From: a virus
Taxonomy: Duplodnaviria; Caudoviricetes
IMG/VR virus record: IMGVR_UViG_2706795974_000001
Coordinates: 9,753 to 73,752 of that record
Direction: 5' to 3' (one strand)
Length of the DNA: 64,000 bases
In this document: piece by piece, positions 28,869 through 37,801 of the stretch
How the letters are laid out: each line of letters starts with the position of its first letter
How positions within the stretch are numbered: position 1 is the stretch's first letter
Program-made: the position numbers and the translations under genes
Notes under the pieces: generated by a model
Told to the model about the DNA's origin: nothing
Seen by the model: only the letters and a program-made list of their open reading frames with translations
Database searches by the model: none

Positions 28869-29767
28869 GTCTGTGGTCGCCCGAGGGTCCTCCGATAGAT
28901 GAGGGCTACGAGGTATCTTGGGAAACAGGCGAAGGCCCAGCGCTGCCGAACTGGGAGGCCGGGTGGGGTAACATCTTTCCTGGTACCGCTGTAGATGAGA
29001 TAGTGTTCGAGGACTCTGCCCTGGTTCGCAGCAAGGCTGCTATCATTGACTCGGTTGTCTTCGAGGATGCTGTGTCTGCTTGGATAACTCGCCTGCCAAA
29101 GGATGCGGTCGACGAGTTTGTGGTAGAGGACAGTGTCTCGGCCTACATCTCTCGACTGCCTCGAACGTTTGCCGATGAGTTTGTGGTAGAGGACTCCGTA
29201 TCTGCTGCATTCACAGCGATGCCGCCAGCGACCACAACCTTTACTTCCGTTGGCTCGTTCACCTATACCATACCACCCTGGTGCAAGTACATTGACATCA
29301 TCGCACTCGGCGGCGGCAAGGGTGGGCAGACCGGCTCGGGCGCAATTAACCTGGCAGGTTCGGGTGGCCTTCCTGGACAGTGGGCTGCGGCAACCCTGCG
29401 ACGAGGGGCTGACATTCCCTGGAGTGAGGCGCAGCTTACTGGAACCGTCGGAGCTGGCGGTGCAGGTGGTGCAAACTCTGATAACGCACCTGGTGGAAAC
29501 GGAACGGCCTCAACCGTCACCGCCTCGGCTGGAACGCTTTCCGCTGCGGGCGGAACTGGAACGAACAGCGGGCGCGATGGCCCCGGTCCTGGCAATTACA
29601 TATATCTTGGTACCGAGTACGAGGGCGGCGCGACCGCGGTGAATAACGGACAGGCTGGCAACCCACCCGGCGGCGGCGGAGCTGGCGGTAACGGTGGCAT
29701 CTTCGGAATCAGAACTCGTGGTGGCGCTGGTGCGCGGGGTCAAGTGTGGATTCGAGCATACCAGTGA
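28865..29767 (+). CDS. Glycine-rich minor tail protein with internal acidic repeats
   Basis: YTIPPWCKYIDIIALGGG domain; four DExVxEDSVSA-like repeats. Confidence 0.7.
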   Translation: MSLWSPEGPPIDEGYEVSWETGEGPALPNWEAGWGNIFPGTAVDEIVFEDSALVRSKAAIIDSVVFEDAVSAWITRLPKDAVDEFVVEDSVSAYISRLPRTFADEFVVEDSVSAAFTAMPPATTTFTSVGSFTYTIPPWCKYIDIIALGGGKGGQTGSGAINLAGSGGLPGQWAAATLRRGADIPWSEAQLTGTVGAGGAGGANSDNAPGGNGTASTVTASAGTLSAAGGTGTNSGRDGPGPGNYIYLGTEYEGGATAVNNGQAGNPPGGGGAGGNGGIFGIRTRGGAGARGQVWIRAYQ

Positions 29768-30012
29768 TAGTATCTGGCACCATGACAATGGACGTAAGCG
29801 AAGGTTCGGTCATCATTCCACTAGGGTCTTCGACTACTGCCTCGAATCATCCAGAGTACGACATTCAGTTCTCCTACGATTACGGGCCGTTCGCAGACCC
29901 CAACGCTCCGGCGTTCGACTTCCTTGCCGACAGGCTAGAGACTGACGGAACAATCACACGCAACCTGGAATGCACAAGCCTTCCAGGTCGAGTCACGATA
30001 GCGAAGGTATGA
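29764..30012 (+). CDS. Hypothetical tail-region protein
   Basis: GTGA overlap start; fills the gap between tail genes. Confidence 0.5.
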   Translation: MIVSGTMTMDVSEGSVIIPLGSSTTASNHPEYDIQFSYDYGPFADPNAPAFDFLADRLETDGTITRNLECTSLPGRVTIAKV

Positions 30013-30013
30013 G

Positions 30014-30379
30014 ATGGCAAAAACGAACGTCCACAAGCGGGCCTTGGCCGACGCCGCTGCGGCGATGGGCAACCGAGTTAAGCTGCACTCGGGAGACCCT
30101 GGCACCAGCGGAGCAAACCTCATCACCACAACTCCCGCTTACGCTAACACCACCTGGGCGGCAGCGGTTGATGGCACTGGTAGTGACACAGGCAAGGCGG
30201 TAGTTGTGGGCTCGGCTGTGAGCTTGCAGATTCCACCCAACACGACTGCATCTCACTACGGAATATACACTTCGGGTGATGTGTTTTTGCGTGGCGGAGC
30301 ACTTGCCGAAGGTGCTATATCCTCCACCGCATCTGGCGCCGTCACCATCGACGTGTCACCTGTACTCAAGGTGAGCTAG
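30014..30379 (+). CDS. Small minor tail protein
   Basis: KLHSGDPGTSGAN motif, common in actinophage tail genes. Confidence 0.65.
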   Translation: MAKTNVHKRALADAAAAMGNRVKLHSGDPGTSGANLITTTPAYANTTWAAAVDGTGSDTGKAVVVGSAVSLQIPPNTTASHYGIYTSGDVFLRGGALAEGAISSTASGAVTIDVSPVLKVS

Positions 30380-30395
30380 TTGCCGAGTTCAATGC

Positions 30396-30424
30396 TTGAC
30401 CTGTAGTACCAATCACTGTATAAT
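30396..30424 (+). promoter_or_regulatory. SigA-type promoter of the lysis cassette
   Basis: TTGACC-N17-TATAAT, with TG immediately upstream of the -10. Confidence 0.75.
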
Positions 30425-30449
30425 TGGGCCATCTCAAACTGGAGGTAGC

Positions 30450-30887
30450 ATGACCAACAACTTGCCACTGGCACCCGGTTCGGTGCCCAGCGCACCGCCG
30501 AACATCTTCAACATTCGCTCGAAGAACGACGTCATCGCACTGTTGTACTTCGCCATCCCGATGGTGCTGGGCATCCTTGTTATCTATGGTGCCATCGACA
30601 ACAACACCGCACTCTTCTGGGGCGGCGCAGCGACCTCGATCATTCAGCTGATCTTCCAGTTCGTCCGCACACAGGAATACGCGCGTCGCGCAATCTACAC
30701 AATCTTGAACCTCGTCAACGCAGGACTCCTGATCTACGTCGCGGGCTGGAGCCCCGAGCACCTCGAGAATCTGATGCCACTGCTGGCCCTCCTGCTGGGC
30801 GGCACCGCAGCCGGTATCGGCAGCCAGAACGTCAACACCACCGGAGACGGCACAGCTCTCCGCGTCGTTGACGGAGAGGTTGTCTGA
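30450..30887 (+). CDS. Holin-like membrane protein (about 4 TM)
   Basis: RBS GGAGG; four hydrophobic segments; first gene of the lysis cassette. Confidence 0.6.
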   Translation: MTNNLPLAPGSVPSAPPNIFNIRSKNDVIALLYFAIPMVLGILVIYGAIDNNTALFWGGAATSIIQLIFQFVRTQEYARRAIYTILNLVNAGLLIYVAGWSPEHLENLMPLLALLLGGTAAGIGSQNVNTTGDGTALRVVDGEVV

Positions 30888-30908
30888 CCCGCGCATCCGC
30901 ATTGCAGA

Positions 30909-30945
30909 GCGCGGGCCTGGAGTCTTACTCCTAGCCCGCGCTTTT
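30909..30945 (+). terminator. Intrinsic terminator-like hairpin inside the lysis cassette
   Basis: GCGCGGGC...GCCCGCGC with inner GGAGT/ACTCC pairing, followed by TTTT. Confidence 0.55.
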
Positions 30946-30962
30946 GCAGATTGGAGATAAGA

Positions 30963-31283
30963 ATGATCGTCTACCACAGGAACAACTTCCGCCAAGAGTC
31001 CTACCCAGAAACCGAAGATCATGTTCGCCGACACATCTCCTCGATCGCCAGCGCAACCGATGATGAGTTCGAGTTCTACGACCAGGTGAAGATCGAGACG
31101 ACACAGATCGACCACGGCTGGCGCGTGTACGGGGAGCTCGACCGCGATCCGGCCTACGACTACACGGTGCCAGAAGACTTCGAGATGCCCGGCGAGGACG
31201 AATACCAGAGAGGGTTCGGCGAGCGCTGCATGACACCAGAGGAGCTCCAGGAGCACCTGCTCAAGAAGGAGGGGCTCGCGTGA
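30963..31283 (+). CDS. Acidic hypothetical protein upstream of lysins
   Basis: RBS GGAG; stop overlaps the amidase GTG. Confidence 0.65.
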   Translation: MIVYHRNNFRQESYPETEDHVRRHISSIASATDDEFEFYDQVKIETTQIDHGWRVYGELDRDPAYDYTVPEDFEMPGEDEYQRGFGERCMTPEELQEHLLKKEGLA

Positions 31284-31915
31284 ACGGAGCTCAAGTCATT
31301 GGCGCCATTGCCAGGCGCAATGTAGAACTCGGCGGCAGGTCTGTCTATACCAGGGGCTGGGAGACTCGGGGTAACGGTCAGTCGCCCGCCTACCAGGGCC
31401 TGCTCCTGCATCACACGGCAGGAGGGCGCAATGTCAACATCGACCAAATCCTCATCGACGGACGCTGGGACCTTTCGGGACCGCTGTGCAACTTTTGCAT
31501 CATGTACGATGGGGACCTTGGGGTCATTTCTGCAAACCCTGCGAACCACGCTGGCGCGAGCGGAGGCTGGGATACGTCTCCGTTTCCGCGCACTGGTCTC
31601 TTCAATCGCCAGATCATTGGCTGCGAAATCCAGTACCCAGGCGTCGAGCCCATGTCCAACGCTCAGTACGAGACCGCGAAGCGACTCTCCATTGCCACGC
31701 TAGAAGTACTCGGCAAGCCCCGTGATACCCGCTGGATTAAGTTTCATCAGGGTACGTCCATAGAGGGCAAGTGGGACCCTGGTTACGCAAATGGTAAGAC
31801 CTACAACATCTCGGAGTTCCGCAAGGACGTACTCGGGATGCGGCCGACAGGAGAGGATGAGAACAGCGCGGCCTGGCTCGACAACTATCGCCAGCTGTTC
31901 GGGTACCCAGAATGA
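31280..31915 (+). CDS. Endolysin, N-acetylmuramoyl-L-alanine amidase (Amidase_2)
   Basis: LLLHHTAG, ANHAG, IGCEI, KFHQ and KWDPG are Zn-amidase motifs. Confidence 0.88.
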   Translation: MNGAQVIGAIARRNVELGGRSVYTRGWETRGNGQSPAYQGLLLHHTAGGRNVNIDQILIDGRWDLSGPLCNFCIMYDGDLGVISANPANHAGASGGWDTSPFPRTGLFNRQIIGCEIQYPGVEPMSNAQYETAKRLSIATLEVLGKPRDTRWIKFHQGTSIEGKWDPGYANGKTYNISEFRKDVLGMRPTGEDENSAAWLDNYRQLFGYPE

Positions 31916-32745
31916 CCACTCGCTACCATCCCCTCAAGAAGGGGTACATCATCACCAGCCCCTTTGGCTGGCGAGCGTTCGATAACGCGGTGCACCAAGG
32001 TATCGACTTCGGAGCCTCTAACGGGACCGCCGCCGGATGGGACGTGCACGCCATACAGGCTGGGACCGTGTTGTACATAGGGGCAGCGCAGGGGTACGGT
32101 GGACCCGCGCCGCACGGGTGGATCGTGATTGATTCCGACGATTCGCAGGGTTCAGGTGTGTTCGAGTACGGACACATCACCGCAGTCAGCGAACTCAGGG
32201 TTGGCTCCAAGGTGAGTGCCGGACAGAGGATTGCCACCGTCAATCCAAACAAGGCTACCAATGGTGGAGTTGCCCCTCACCTGCACGTCTCGTATATGCC
32301 CTACGAGTACAACCCGAGCAAGAAGAAGGACTTCGCCCCCCTTCTCAACGGAGCTCTGTACCCAGGTCAAGCCGCGACACCAGAACCTGCACCTGCACCA
32401 TCAACCGGAGGGACCAACATGTCTCATGCATCTGATGTACGAGTTCAGCTGAGGGGGCCAGGCGATAACGGCTGGACCCAGCTAGCACCGCAGCCCGATG
32501 AAAAGGGCAATCGGTTCAGCATCTTCAAGGGCAAGAACGTCACCGCCCAGACGGTGGTCGAGGCACTAGCCACTGTCGTCTTCGAGTTGACCTACCGCCT
32601 GCCGAGCGCTGGACGCGGGTTCAACGACTACAAGGCTCGCAAGGGGGACACAGTCCTCGGCCTGGCTGGAAACGCAGCAGCCATCGCCGCCGAAAACCAG
32701 GTTATCCTCAAGGACATTCAAGCCAAGCTCGACGCCAAGGGGTAG
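31912..32745 (+). CDS. Endolysin, M23 peptidase
   Basis: HQGIDFG (HxxxD), EYGHI and PHLHVS (HxH). Confidence 0.9.
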   Translation: MTTRYHPLKKGYIITSPFGWRAFDNAVHQGIDFGASNGTAAGWDVHAIQAGTVLYIGAAQGYGGPAPHGWIVIDSDDSQGSGVFEYGHITAVSELRVGSKVSAGQRIATVNPNKATNGGVAPHLHVSYMPYEYNPSKKKDFAPLLNGALYPGQAATPEPAPAPSTGGTNMSHASDVRVQLRGPGDNGWTQLAPQPDEKGNRFSIFKGKNVTAQTVVEALATVVFELTYRLPSAGRGFNDYKARKGDTVLGLAGNAAAIAAENQVILKDIQAKLDAKG

Positions 32746-32750
32746 GGGCT

Positions 32751-33203
32751 ATGGGCTGGCGGTTCAGGCCCCTCGAGGATAGCAGCCCAGCTGTTCCCGA
32801 CAAGGTGGAGGCCATGAAGCTCTACCTTGCGATAGAGTCCTATGCGTTATCAGCGTTCGCCATCTACTATGGTCTGTTGACCTACAGGTTTGGAGAATCC
32901 CTCTGGCCACCAGGACGCAGCGCGCTGTCGGTGCCTTATGCGCCGCAGTCGTGGGGAACTGCAATGATCGTACTTGCGATCCTCACCATGATTGTCTCTC
33001 ACAGGAGAATCAGATGGTCCAAGTATGTATCACTGACGATGAAACTGATGTGTCTAGTGTGGGGAGTGTTCTCCGCTACGTTCGTCATAGACATCGTCTT
33101 TCACAGCGCAGGCCCCAATGCGTACCCGCCGATGGGGGTGTACTTTCTCCTGGCAGTAGCCTGCGCGAACCGATCAAGTCTGGAGGATCAATGGCGAGCT
33201 TGA
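32751..33203 (+). CDS. Membrane protein (about 4 TM), lysis cassette
   Basis: Four hydrophobic helices. Confidence 0.7.
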   Translation: MGWRFRPLEDSSPAVPDKVEAMKLYLAIESYALSAFAIYYGLLTYRFGESLWPPGRSALSVPYAPQSWGTAMIVLAILTMIVSHRRIRWSKYVSLTMKLMCLVWGVFSATFVIDIVFHSAGPNAYPPMGVYFLLAVACANRSSLEDQWRA

Positions 33204-33739
33204 GGCGTGCCACCCTGCATGGCACTGCTGCTATTCGCACTACATTACGAGCAGTATTAGGCCACACGAGGGTCGTCGCTTCAGGCTCATATCCATTGTA
33301 CAGACTGGTTTGTCTGTTCGGAATCATAAGCGCACTCTTGGCGTTCGCATACCGGCAGTGGCCTCCATCATTTGCGGAGTCTACCGATGGGAATCTTTTT
33401 GCAGGGATCGTGTTCTCGGGTATGCAACTCGTCGGATGCACTTCCATCATCGTTGGTATGTACCTTCACGGCGAGGTCAACCCTAAGCCGACCAGGGTCC
33501 AGACGTCACTGGCTGTTGAGCGATTCGGGACAGTACTACTCATTCCGGTCATCGCTACCTACACATACGGAGTGATACTGAACAACCAGGGACCGCCCAC
33601 GACCTGGGCAACGAGCGCGCTGTTTGCGTTCGGCCTGTACCTGGTGATCCGGTTCTTTGAGATCGGTCGAGCACTGAAGGAAGTTCAAAGGCCGCTTGAA
33701 GAATGCCGCCGCGATCCACAGGGAGATGAGTGTGAATGA
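33191..33739 (+). CDS. Membrane protein (about 4 TM), lysis cassette
   Basis: ATG at 33191 with RBS GGAGG; four hydrophobic helices. Confidence 0.7.
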   Translation: MASLRRATLHGTAAIRTTLRAVLGHTRVVASGSYPLYRLVCLFGIISALLAFAYRQWPPSFAESTDGNLFAGIVFSGMQLVGCTSIIVGMYLHGEVNPKPTRVQTSLAVERFGTVLLIPVIATYTYGVILNNQGPPTTWATSALFAFGLYLVIRFFEIGRALKEVQRPLEECRRDPQGDECE

Positions 33740-34064
33740 CGTCATCACTCTGCTGCTTGGTGGAGGGCTTGCAGCGAGTATTATCGAAATCGTCAAGTTT
33801 GTTGCAACTCGTCAGCAGGTAAAGCGCAAGGACGAGGCGGCCTCCAACAACGAGAATGCTAGCGCACAGGCAACCATCGGCGGCGCCTGGAGGGAGCTGT
33901 GGCAGACCAACGAGCAGTGGTCCAGGGAACTAGAAAAGCTTGTGAAGCACGAACGGGAGAAGAGCGAGAAGCTTGTGGACCTTGTCCAAAAAGCAGCCCG
34001 CCTTCTCCCGTCGGATCAGGCCGATCCCATTCTTGATGAGATGCATGTGATACGGAGTTCTTAA
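33726..34064 (+). CDS. Single-TM coiled-coil membrane protein ending the lysis cassette
   Basis: VITLLLGGGLAASIIEIVKF followed by an amphipathic coil. Confidence 0.7.
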   Translation: MSVNDVITLLLGGGLAASIIEIVKFVATRQQVKRKDEAASNNENASAQATIGGAWRELWQTNEQWSRELEKLVKHEREKSEKLVDLVQKAARLLPSDQADPILDEMHVIRSS

Positions 34065-34306
34065 TACTCCGAGTCCATTCGGTGGCGAGGATGGGGAGTC
34101 TCGTCACCTACGAGCGGCCCATGACGACTGAAGTCATGGGCCGCTCCTTCTTCTTTGCACGGCTTGTCTGTGCCTTCGAGCCGACCGCACTTGCTGCAGT
34201 ACTTCTTCATAACGGTTACTCCCAACACGCGGTTGAGGAACCAACCCAGTACAACGAGACCGCCAACGATCAAGCTGTACAGGGTCCACTCAGCCACTGT
34301 ATTCAT
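34061..34306 (-). CDS. Small membrane protein with Cys motif
   Basis: N-terminal TM, CxxC...C; converges on the left arm with overlapping stop codons (TTAA). Confidence 0.55.
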   Translation of the reverse strand: MNTVAEWTLYSLIVGGLVVLGWFLNRVLGVTVMKKYCSKCGRLEGTDKPCKEEGAAHDFSRHGPLVGDETPHPRHRMDSEY

Positions 34307-34307
34307 T

Positions 34308-35510
34308 CTACTCCTTGATAAGCCTCGGCACCACCTTGGGCCGGGGTTCGCCGATACTCTCTCGGACTGACGAGCGCAACCTTGACTTCTGGATGGGAGT
34401 CAAGGCGTTGCCCTTCAGCAGCTTATCGACTTCGCTGTTGTTAATCTTTCCCATCGAAGAGAACAGATTATCACCAATGATCTCGCGCACCGTTGCCGGA
34501 TCATAAGACTTGCGCCGGGACGACTTGAACGCAACGTGGAAGTTCTCCGTGTCGAACTCGATCTCGTCAGACTCAATGGCGGACTTGAGGAGTTCTTCCT
34601 GGACTTCCTCGATGGCTTGCCTGATTGCCTTCTGCGCACCTTCGAGTTCTGCATACCGGCGAGCCATTGCGTCGCGGTCGCCAGCCAGCATCATAATTCC
34701 GCCCGCCTCAATGTTCTTTGTGAGCTCAGGACAGGTTGCTTTGACCGGGCAGAACTGGCACTCCGAGTTGAGCGTGCGCTTGCCAGGCTCTGGCTCAGCG
34801 ATAATACGCTCAGCAACCTTGCGGATGTACTTCCAAGTTGCAACGTTGTCGTCGCGTGTGAACTTCACTTCGACTGGGTCGTAGCGGAGCTGATCGAAGC
34901 AGACCCAAATCTCATCGGGGTTGAGCTCGAAACCCAGCTCCTTCTCGATCTCCTTCTTGGCTAGCATGATTGCCATACCATAGAGTCTGCCCTGCGGCTT
35001 CTGTCGAAGTGCTTCGGGGGTGAGGTGCTGTCGCCAGGTCTTGTAGTCCACAATGCGAACGATGGACTTTCCATCTTCCTCGAACCGATCGAGCCGGTCG
35101 AAGATGAAGGTGTAGGGCTTAGGTCCTGCCGACGTCTTGATCTCCACTTTAATCTTGCGCTCGACCATGAGCACCTCGACGTTTTCGAGTTGGGTGCGCT
35201 GGAACCAACGCTCCAGCATCTCAATTCCGTCTGCGTACCAAGGGTCTTTGGGGTCGGGCACCCGGTTGAACTGCTTCATGAAGTTCTGCTTAAAGAACGC
35301 CACGATGTCCGGCCAGTCCATGTCGTGAGTCTTGTCGATGTGCGCGCGCTGAACGATGATCTCCAGCGTGTCGTGAACCGCGGTGCCCAGACGCGCTGGC
35401 TCTGAACTACCTCCTGGGGTGGGCACGCGGTCAACCATCTCGACCTGGTACCGATAGGTGCAGCCCTCGAACACCTGGATGGACGATGCCGAGATGGATC
35501 GAAGTTCCAC
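34308..35510 (-). CDS. Cas4/RecB-like PD-(D/E)xK exonuclease
   Basis: SASSI..F..C, GTAVH, FDRLD, IVDYKT, Q..Y and CQFCPVKATCP (Fe-S staple). Confidence 0.9.
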   Translation of the reverse strand: MELRSISASSIQVFEGCTYRYQVEMVDRVPTPGGSSEPARLGTAVHDTLEIIVQRAHIDKTHDMDWPDIVAFFKQNFMKQFNRVPDPKDPWYADGIEMLERWFQRTQLENVEVLMVERKIKVEIKTSAGPKPYTFIFDRLDRFEEDGKSIVRIVDYKTWRQHLTPEALRQKPQGRLYGMAIMLAKKEIEKELGFELNPDEIWVCFDQLRYDPVEVKFTRDDNVATWKYIRKVAERIIAEPEPGKRTLNSECQFCPVKATCPELTKNIEAGGIMMLAGDRDAMARRYAELEGAQKAIRQAIEEVQEELLKSAIESDEIEFDTENFHVAFKSSRRKSYDPATVREIIGDNLFSSMGKINNSEVDKLLKGNALTPIQKSRLRSSVRESIGEPRPKVVPRLIKE

Positions 35511-35923
35511 TACTTGGCTCCTCTCTTAGTGGTTACGCCGCCCCAGATTCCGTCGGTCGAACCAGTGCGCTCGCGGTAGTCGAGGCACTCCTGTCTTACT
35601 GGGCAGCTCATGCAAATCTTCTTCGCGCGATTGGCGCGGGCCGCTTGTCCCCGGCCAGGGAAGAATGCGTCTGGATCGTGGTACCCTACACAGAGGGCGC
35701 GCTCGGTCCATTCTTCGGGGATGAGACTGAAGGAGGCTTGGGGCCCGGTGTCGCCGGGGCTTCCGAACTCTTCCCCTTCTCCGCAGTCGCAGGCTTCTCC
35801 GGTCCTGTCGGGTCGAAGAGAGAGGGCTGCGCAGATTCCGTTGCATCTAAAGGGCGGCGCCCCCCGCGCATTTCGAGCTCGAATGCTGTGGTTGGTTCGC
35901 CCTCTCCGAACAGCTCGCTGGCG
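35510..35923 (-). CDS. whiB: WhiB-family transcription factor domain in a frame lacking ATG/GTG/TTG
   Basis: EWTERALC...DPDAFFP...AKKICMSCPVRQECL...GIWGG; its TAG (35510-35512) overlaps the GTG of the nuclease; not in the ORF track. Confidence 0.85.
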   Translation of the reverse strand, partial: RQRAVRRGRTNHSIRARNARGAPPFRCNGICAALSLRPDRTGEACDCGEGEEFGSPGDTGPQASFSLIPEEWTERALCVGYHDPDAFFPGRGQAARANRAKKICMSCPVRQECLDYRERTGSTDGIWGGVTTKRGAK

Positions 35924-36108
35924 TCACGCTCGGCGTCGGTCTTGGCGTTGCTCTCGTTGGAGAAGGCCGTCTCCTGAAGGTGCGACTCGAAGGCCGTTTG
36001 GGTCGGTGCCTTCGCTCGAAAATCCTGGAACCCCTCCTGATCCATACCTCCGCGGATCGGGTGCATCTCGTCGGGCCCAGCCGGGCGCTTGAATTGCTGT
36101 TCAGTCAC
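35686..36108 (-). CDS. Hypothetical protein; probable N-terminal partner of the WhiB frame
   Basis: GTG with RBS AAGGAG; contains in-frame C-CCT-TTA at 35854-35848. Confidence 0.6.
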   Translation of the reverse strand: MTEQQFKRPAGPDEMHPIRGGMDQEGFQDFRAKAPTQTAFESHLQETAFSNESNAKTDAERDASELFGEGEPTTAFELEMRGGRRPLDATESAQPSLFDPTGPEKPATAEKGKSSEAPATPGPKPPSVSSPKNGPSAPSV

Positions 36109-36140
36109 AGTGACTCCTTGACGTCGGTGGTGGTGCTAGG

Positions 36141-36302
36141 TCACGATACCATGACGGGCACGGCATCGGGCCATCGGTTAGCGCGCCGGTCGCGGGTAAT
36201 GAAGTCGAAGAAGTACTCGTCGAATAACTCTGCGATCATTACTGTCGCTCGGTGCTCGATCTTGGTCCACCAGTGCTTGCGGTGCTTGCCGTTACGCTTC
36301 AT
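36141..36302 (-). CDS. Small hypothetical protein (53 aa)
   Basis: MKRNGKHRKHWWTKIEH...; ATG directly follows the upstream TAG. Confidence 0.5.
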   Translation of the reverse strand: MKRNGKHRKHWWTKIEHRATVMIAELFDEYFFDFITRDRRANRWPDAVPVMVS

Positions 36303-36437
36303 CTACAGCCTTCCCATCTTGATAAGTCGAACTATCTCGAACACTCCGAGCTGCCTCCAGCCCTTCATTCGCTTCCAGTATGACCCGCAGACGGGGCACT
36401 TGACTACCGTGCCCTCGCCTGCGGACTCACTGCCCAT
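36303..36437 (-). CDS. Small CxxC protein (44 aa)
   Basis: MGSESAGEGTVVKCPVCGSYWKRM...; TAG abuts the next ATG. Confidence 0.45.
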   Translation of the reverse strand: MGSESAGEGTVVKCPVCGSYWKRMKGWRQLGVFEIVRLIKMGRL

Positions 36438-36459
36438 CACCACCGAGTCGCAGCATTCC

Positions 36460-37179
36460 CTAGAGGTCGGCGAACAGGTCATCGCCTTCGCTCTCTAGCT
36501 TTCGTGCTGACGCTTCGTACCGCGCCGGATCGAGCTCGATGGCAACGGCATTTCTACCACAGTTCCGAGCCGCTCGGACGAGACTCCCCGACCCTCCGAA
36601 GGGGTCCACAAGGAAGGCACCCTCCTTTGTGGAATGCCTGATAAGAATCTCAAGCAGAGCCGTCGGCTTTTCGTGCGGATGGATGAGCTGATTCGGCCTG
36701 AGCTGCGGGATATGTAGTACACCGTTGCGCCGCTTGGCATATCGAGGCGCACGACCCTTCTTGAAGTACAGGATAAACTCGTGACCCTGACCCCACGACT
36801 CCAGATCGCCCATGCCAGGGCCATCCTTCTCCCAAACGAGGACAGCCTTGCGGTTGAACCCGAACTGGGGGGCGAACTCGTCGAGCATGACCAGCCAGTC
36901 CGAGAGAACCTGATACGAAGTGAACACGTAAAGGTCGGAGTGCTCCTTCGTCTTGGGCAGGAGGACTGACATGACATCCTTGAAGACCTTGATGGCGACC
37001 TCGGGGCTCTCATCATTAGCGATCTTTGTGGCATACTTCTTTCCGGCCTCGGTCACTGCCATGTTCGACAGGTTATCGACACCAAAGGGCGGGTCTGTGA
37101 TAATGCAGTCCACCGACCCTTCTTTGAAGCGCTGGCAGAGCTCAACAGAATCGCCCTGCCAGATCTGATGTACTTTCAT
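36460..37179 (-). CDS. DNA amino-methyltransferase (N6A/N4C, beta class), orphan
   Basis: GDS, IITDPPF (motif IV), HPHEKP and LVDPFGGSGS (motif I). Confidence 0.9.
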   Translation of the reverse strand: MKVHQIWQGDSVELCQRFKEGSVDCIITDPPFGVDNLSNMAVTEAGKKYATKIANDESPEVAIKVFKDVMSVLLPKTKEHSDLYVFTSYQVLSDWLVMLDEFAPQFGFNRKAVLVWEKDGPGMGDLESWGQGHEFILYFKKGRAPRYAKRRNGVLHIPQLRPNQLIHPHEKPTALLEILIRHSTKEGAFLVDPFGGSGSLVRAARNCGRNAVAIELDPARYEASARKLESEGDDLFADL

Positions 37180-37301
37180 ATCACCTTCTATAAGAGGTAG
37201 TGATGGGGGTCATATGGATCAGAGTCGTCAGAACCGCGCCCAATACTCGCCTAGCGCGCTGATCCGTATCGTTACCGCGAGTTCGACCACCATCCCAGCA
37301 A

Positions 37302-37571
37302 CTACTGGAAGACGATCTCGTCGTCGTCTGCGAACTCCACCTCGTCCAGCTCGATACCTACGATCGTGCCGCCAAGCTCTGCAACCAGAGTCTCGACGTC
37401 GGGGATGCTGCTGACGAGGTCATCGACAGCATCTTCGGCAAGTTCGATCTTGTCGTCACTCTCCAGCTCGGAGACGTCCTCGAGTTCGAGCTCCGTGAGC
37501 TTCTCTTCCAGCGCGTCTTCGTCGATCTTTACGGATGCGTCCTCGAGCTCGATCTTCAGGGTCACGATCAT
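37302..37571 (-). CDS. Highly acidic small protein
   Basis: 89 aa, very D/E-rich, RBS AGGAGG. Confidence 0.7.
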   Translation of the reverse strand: MIVTLKIELEDASVKIDEDALEEKLTELELEDVSELESDDKIELAEDAVDDLVSSIPDVETLVAELGGTIVGIELDEVEFADDDEIVFQ

Positions 37572-37573
37572 GT

Positions 37574-37801
37574 TCAGTTACCTCCTGCGTTGGTTTCGTC
37601 CTGTTCGATTGACTTGACACTGATGGCGACGTCGCCGCCGAAGTTGTAGATGACGTCCTCGAGTGCAACCTCGCCAGCAGTGAACAGTTGCAGGTCGTAC
37701 TCGACCGCCTCCTGGATGGATGTGACCGGGGTCTCTGACATCTTGTAGTTGTCGAGGTCGATCTTTGGATCGTCAATCTCGATGATTAGGTTGATCTTCA
37801 T
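37574..37801 (-). CDS. Acidic small protein
   Basis: 75 aa, translationally coupled. Confidence 0.65.
   Translation of the reverse strand: MKINLIIEIDDPKIDLDNYKMSETPVTSIQEAVEYDLQLFTAGEVALEDVIYNFGGDVAISVKSIEQDETNAGGN

Noticed and set aside
34308-35510. Functional CRISPR adaptation Cas4
   Set aside because: No cas1/cas2; the context is replication/recombination.
35526-35846. 106-aa ORF as the gene upstream of the nuclease
   Set aside because: Arg-rich nonsense composition; the overlapping frame carries the WhiB motif.
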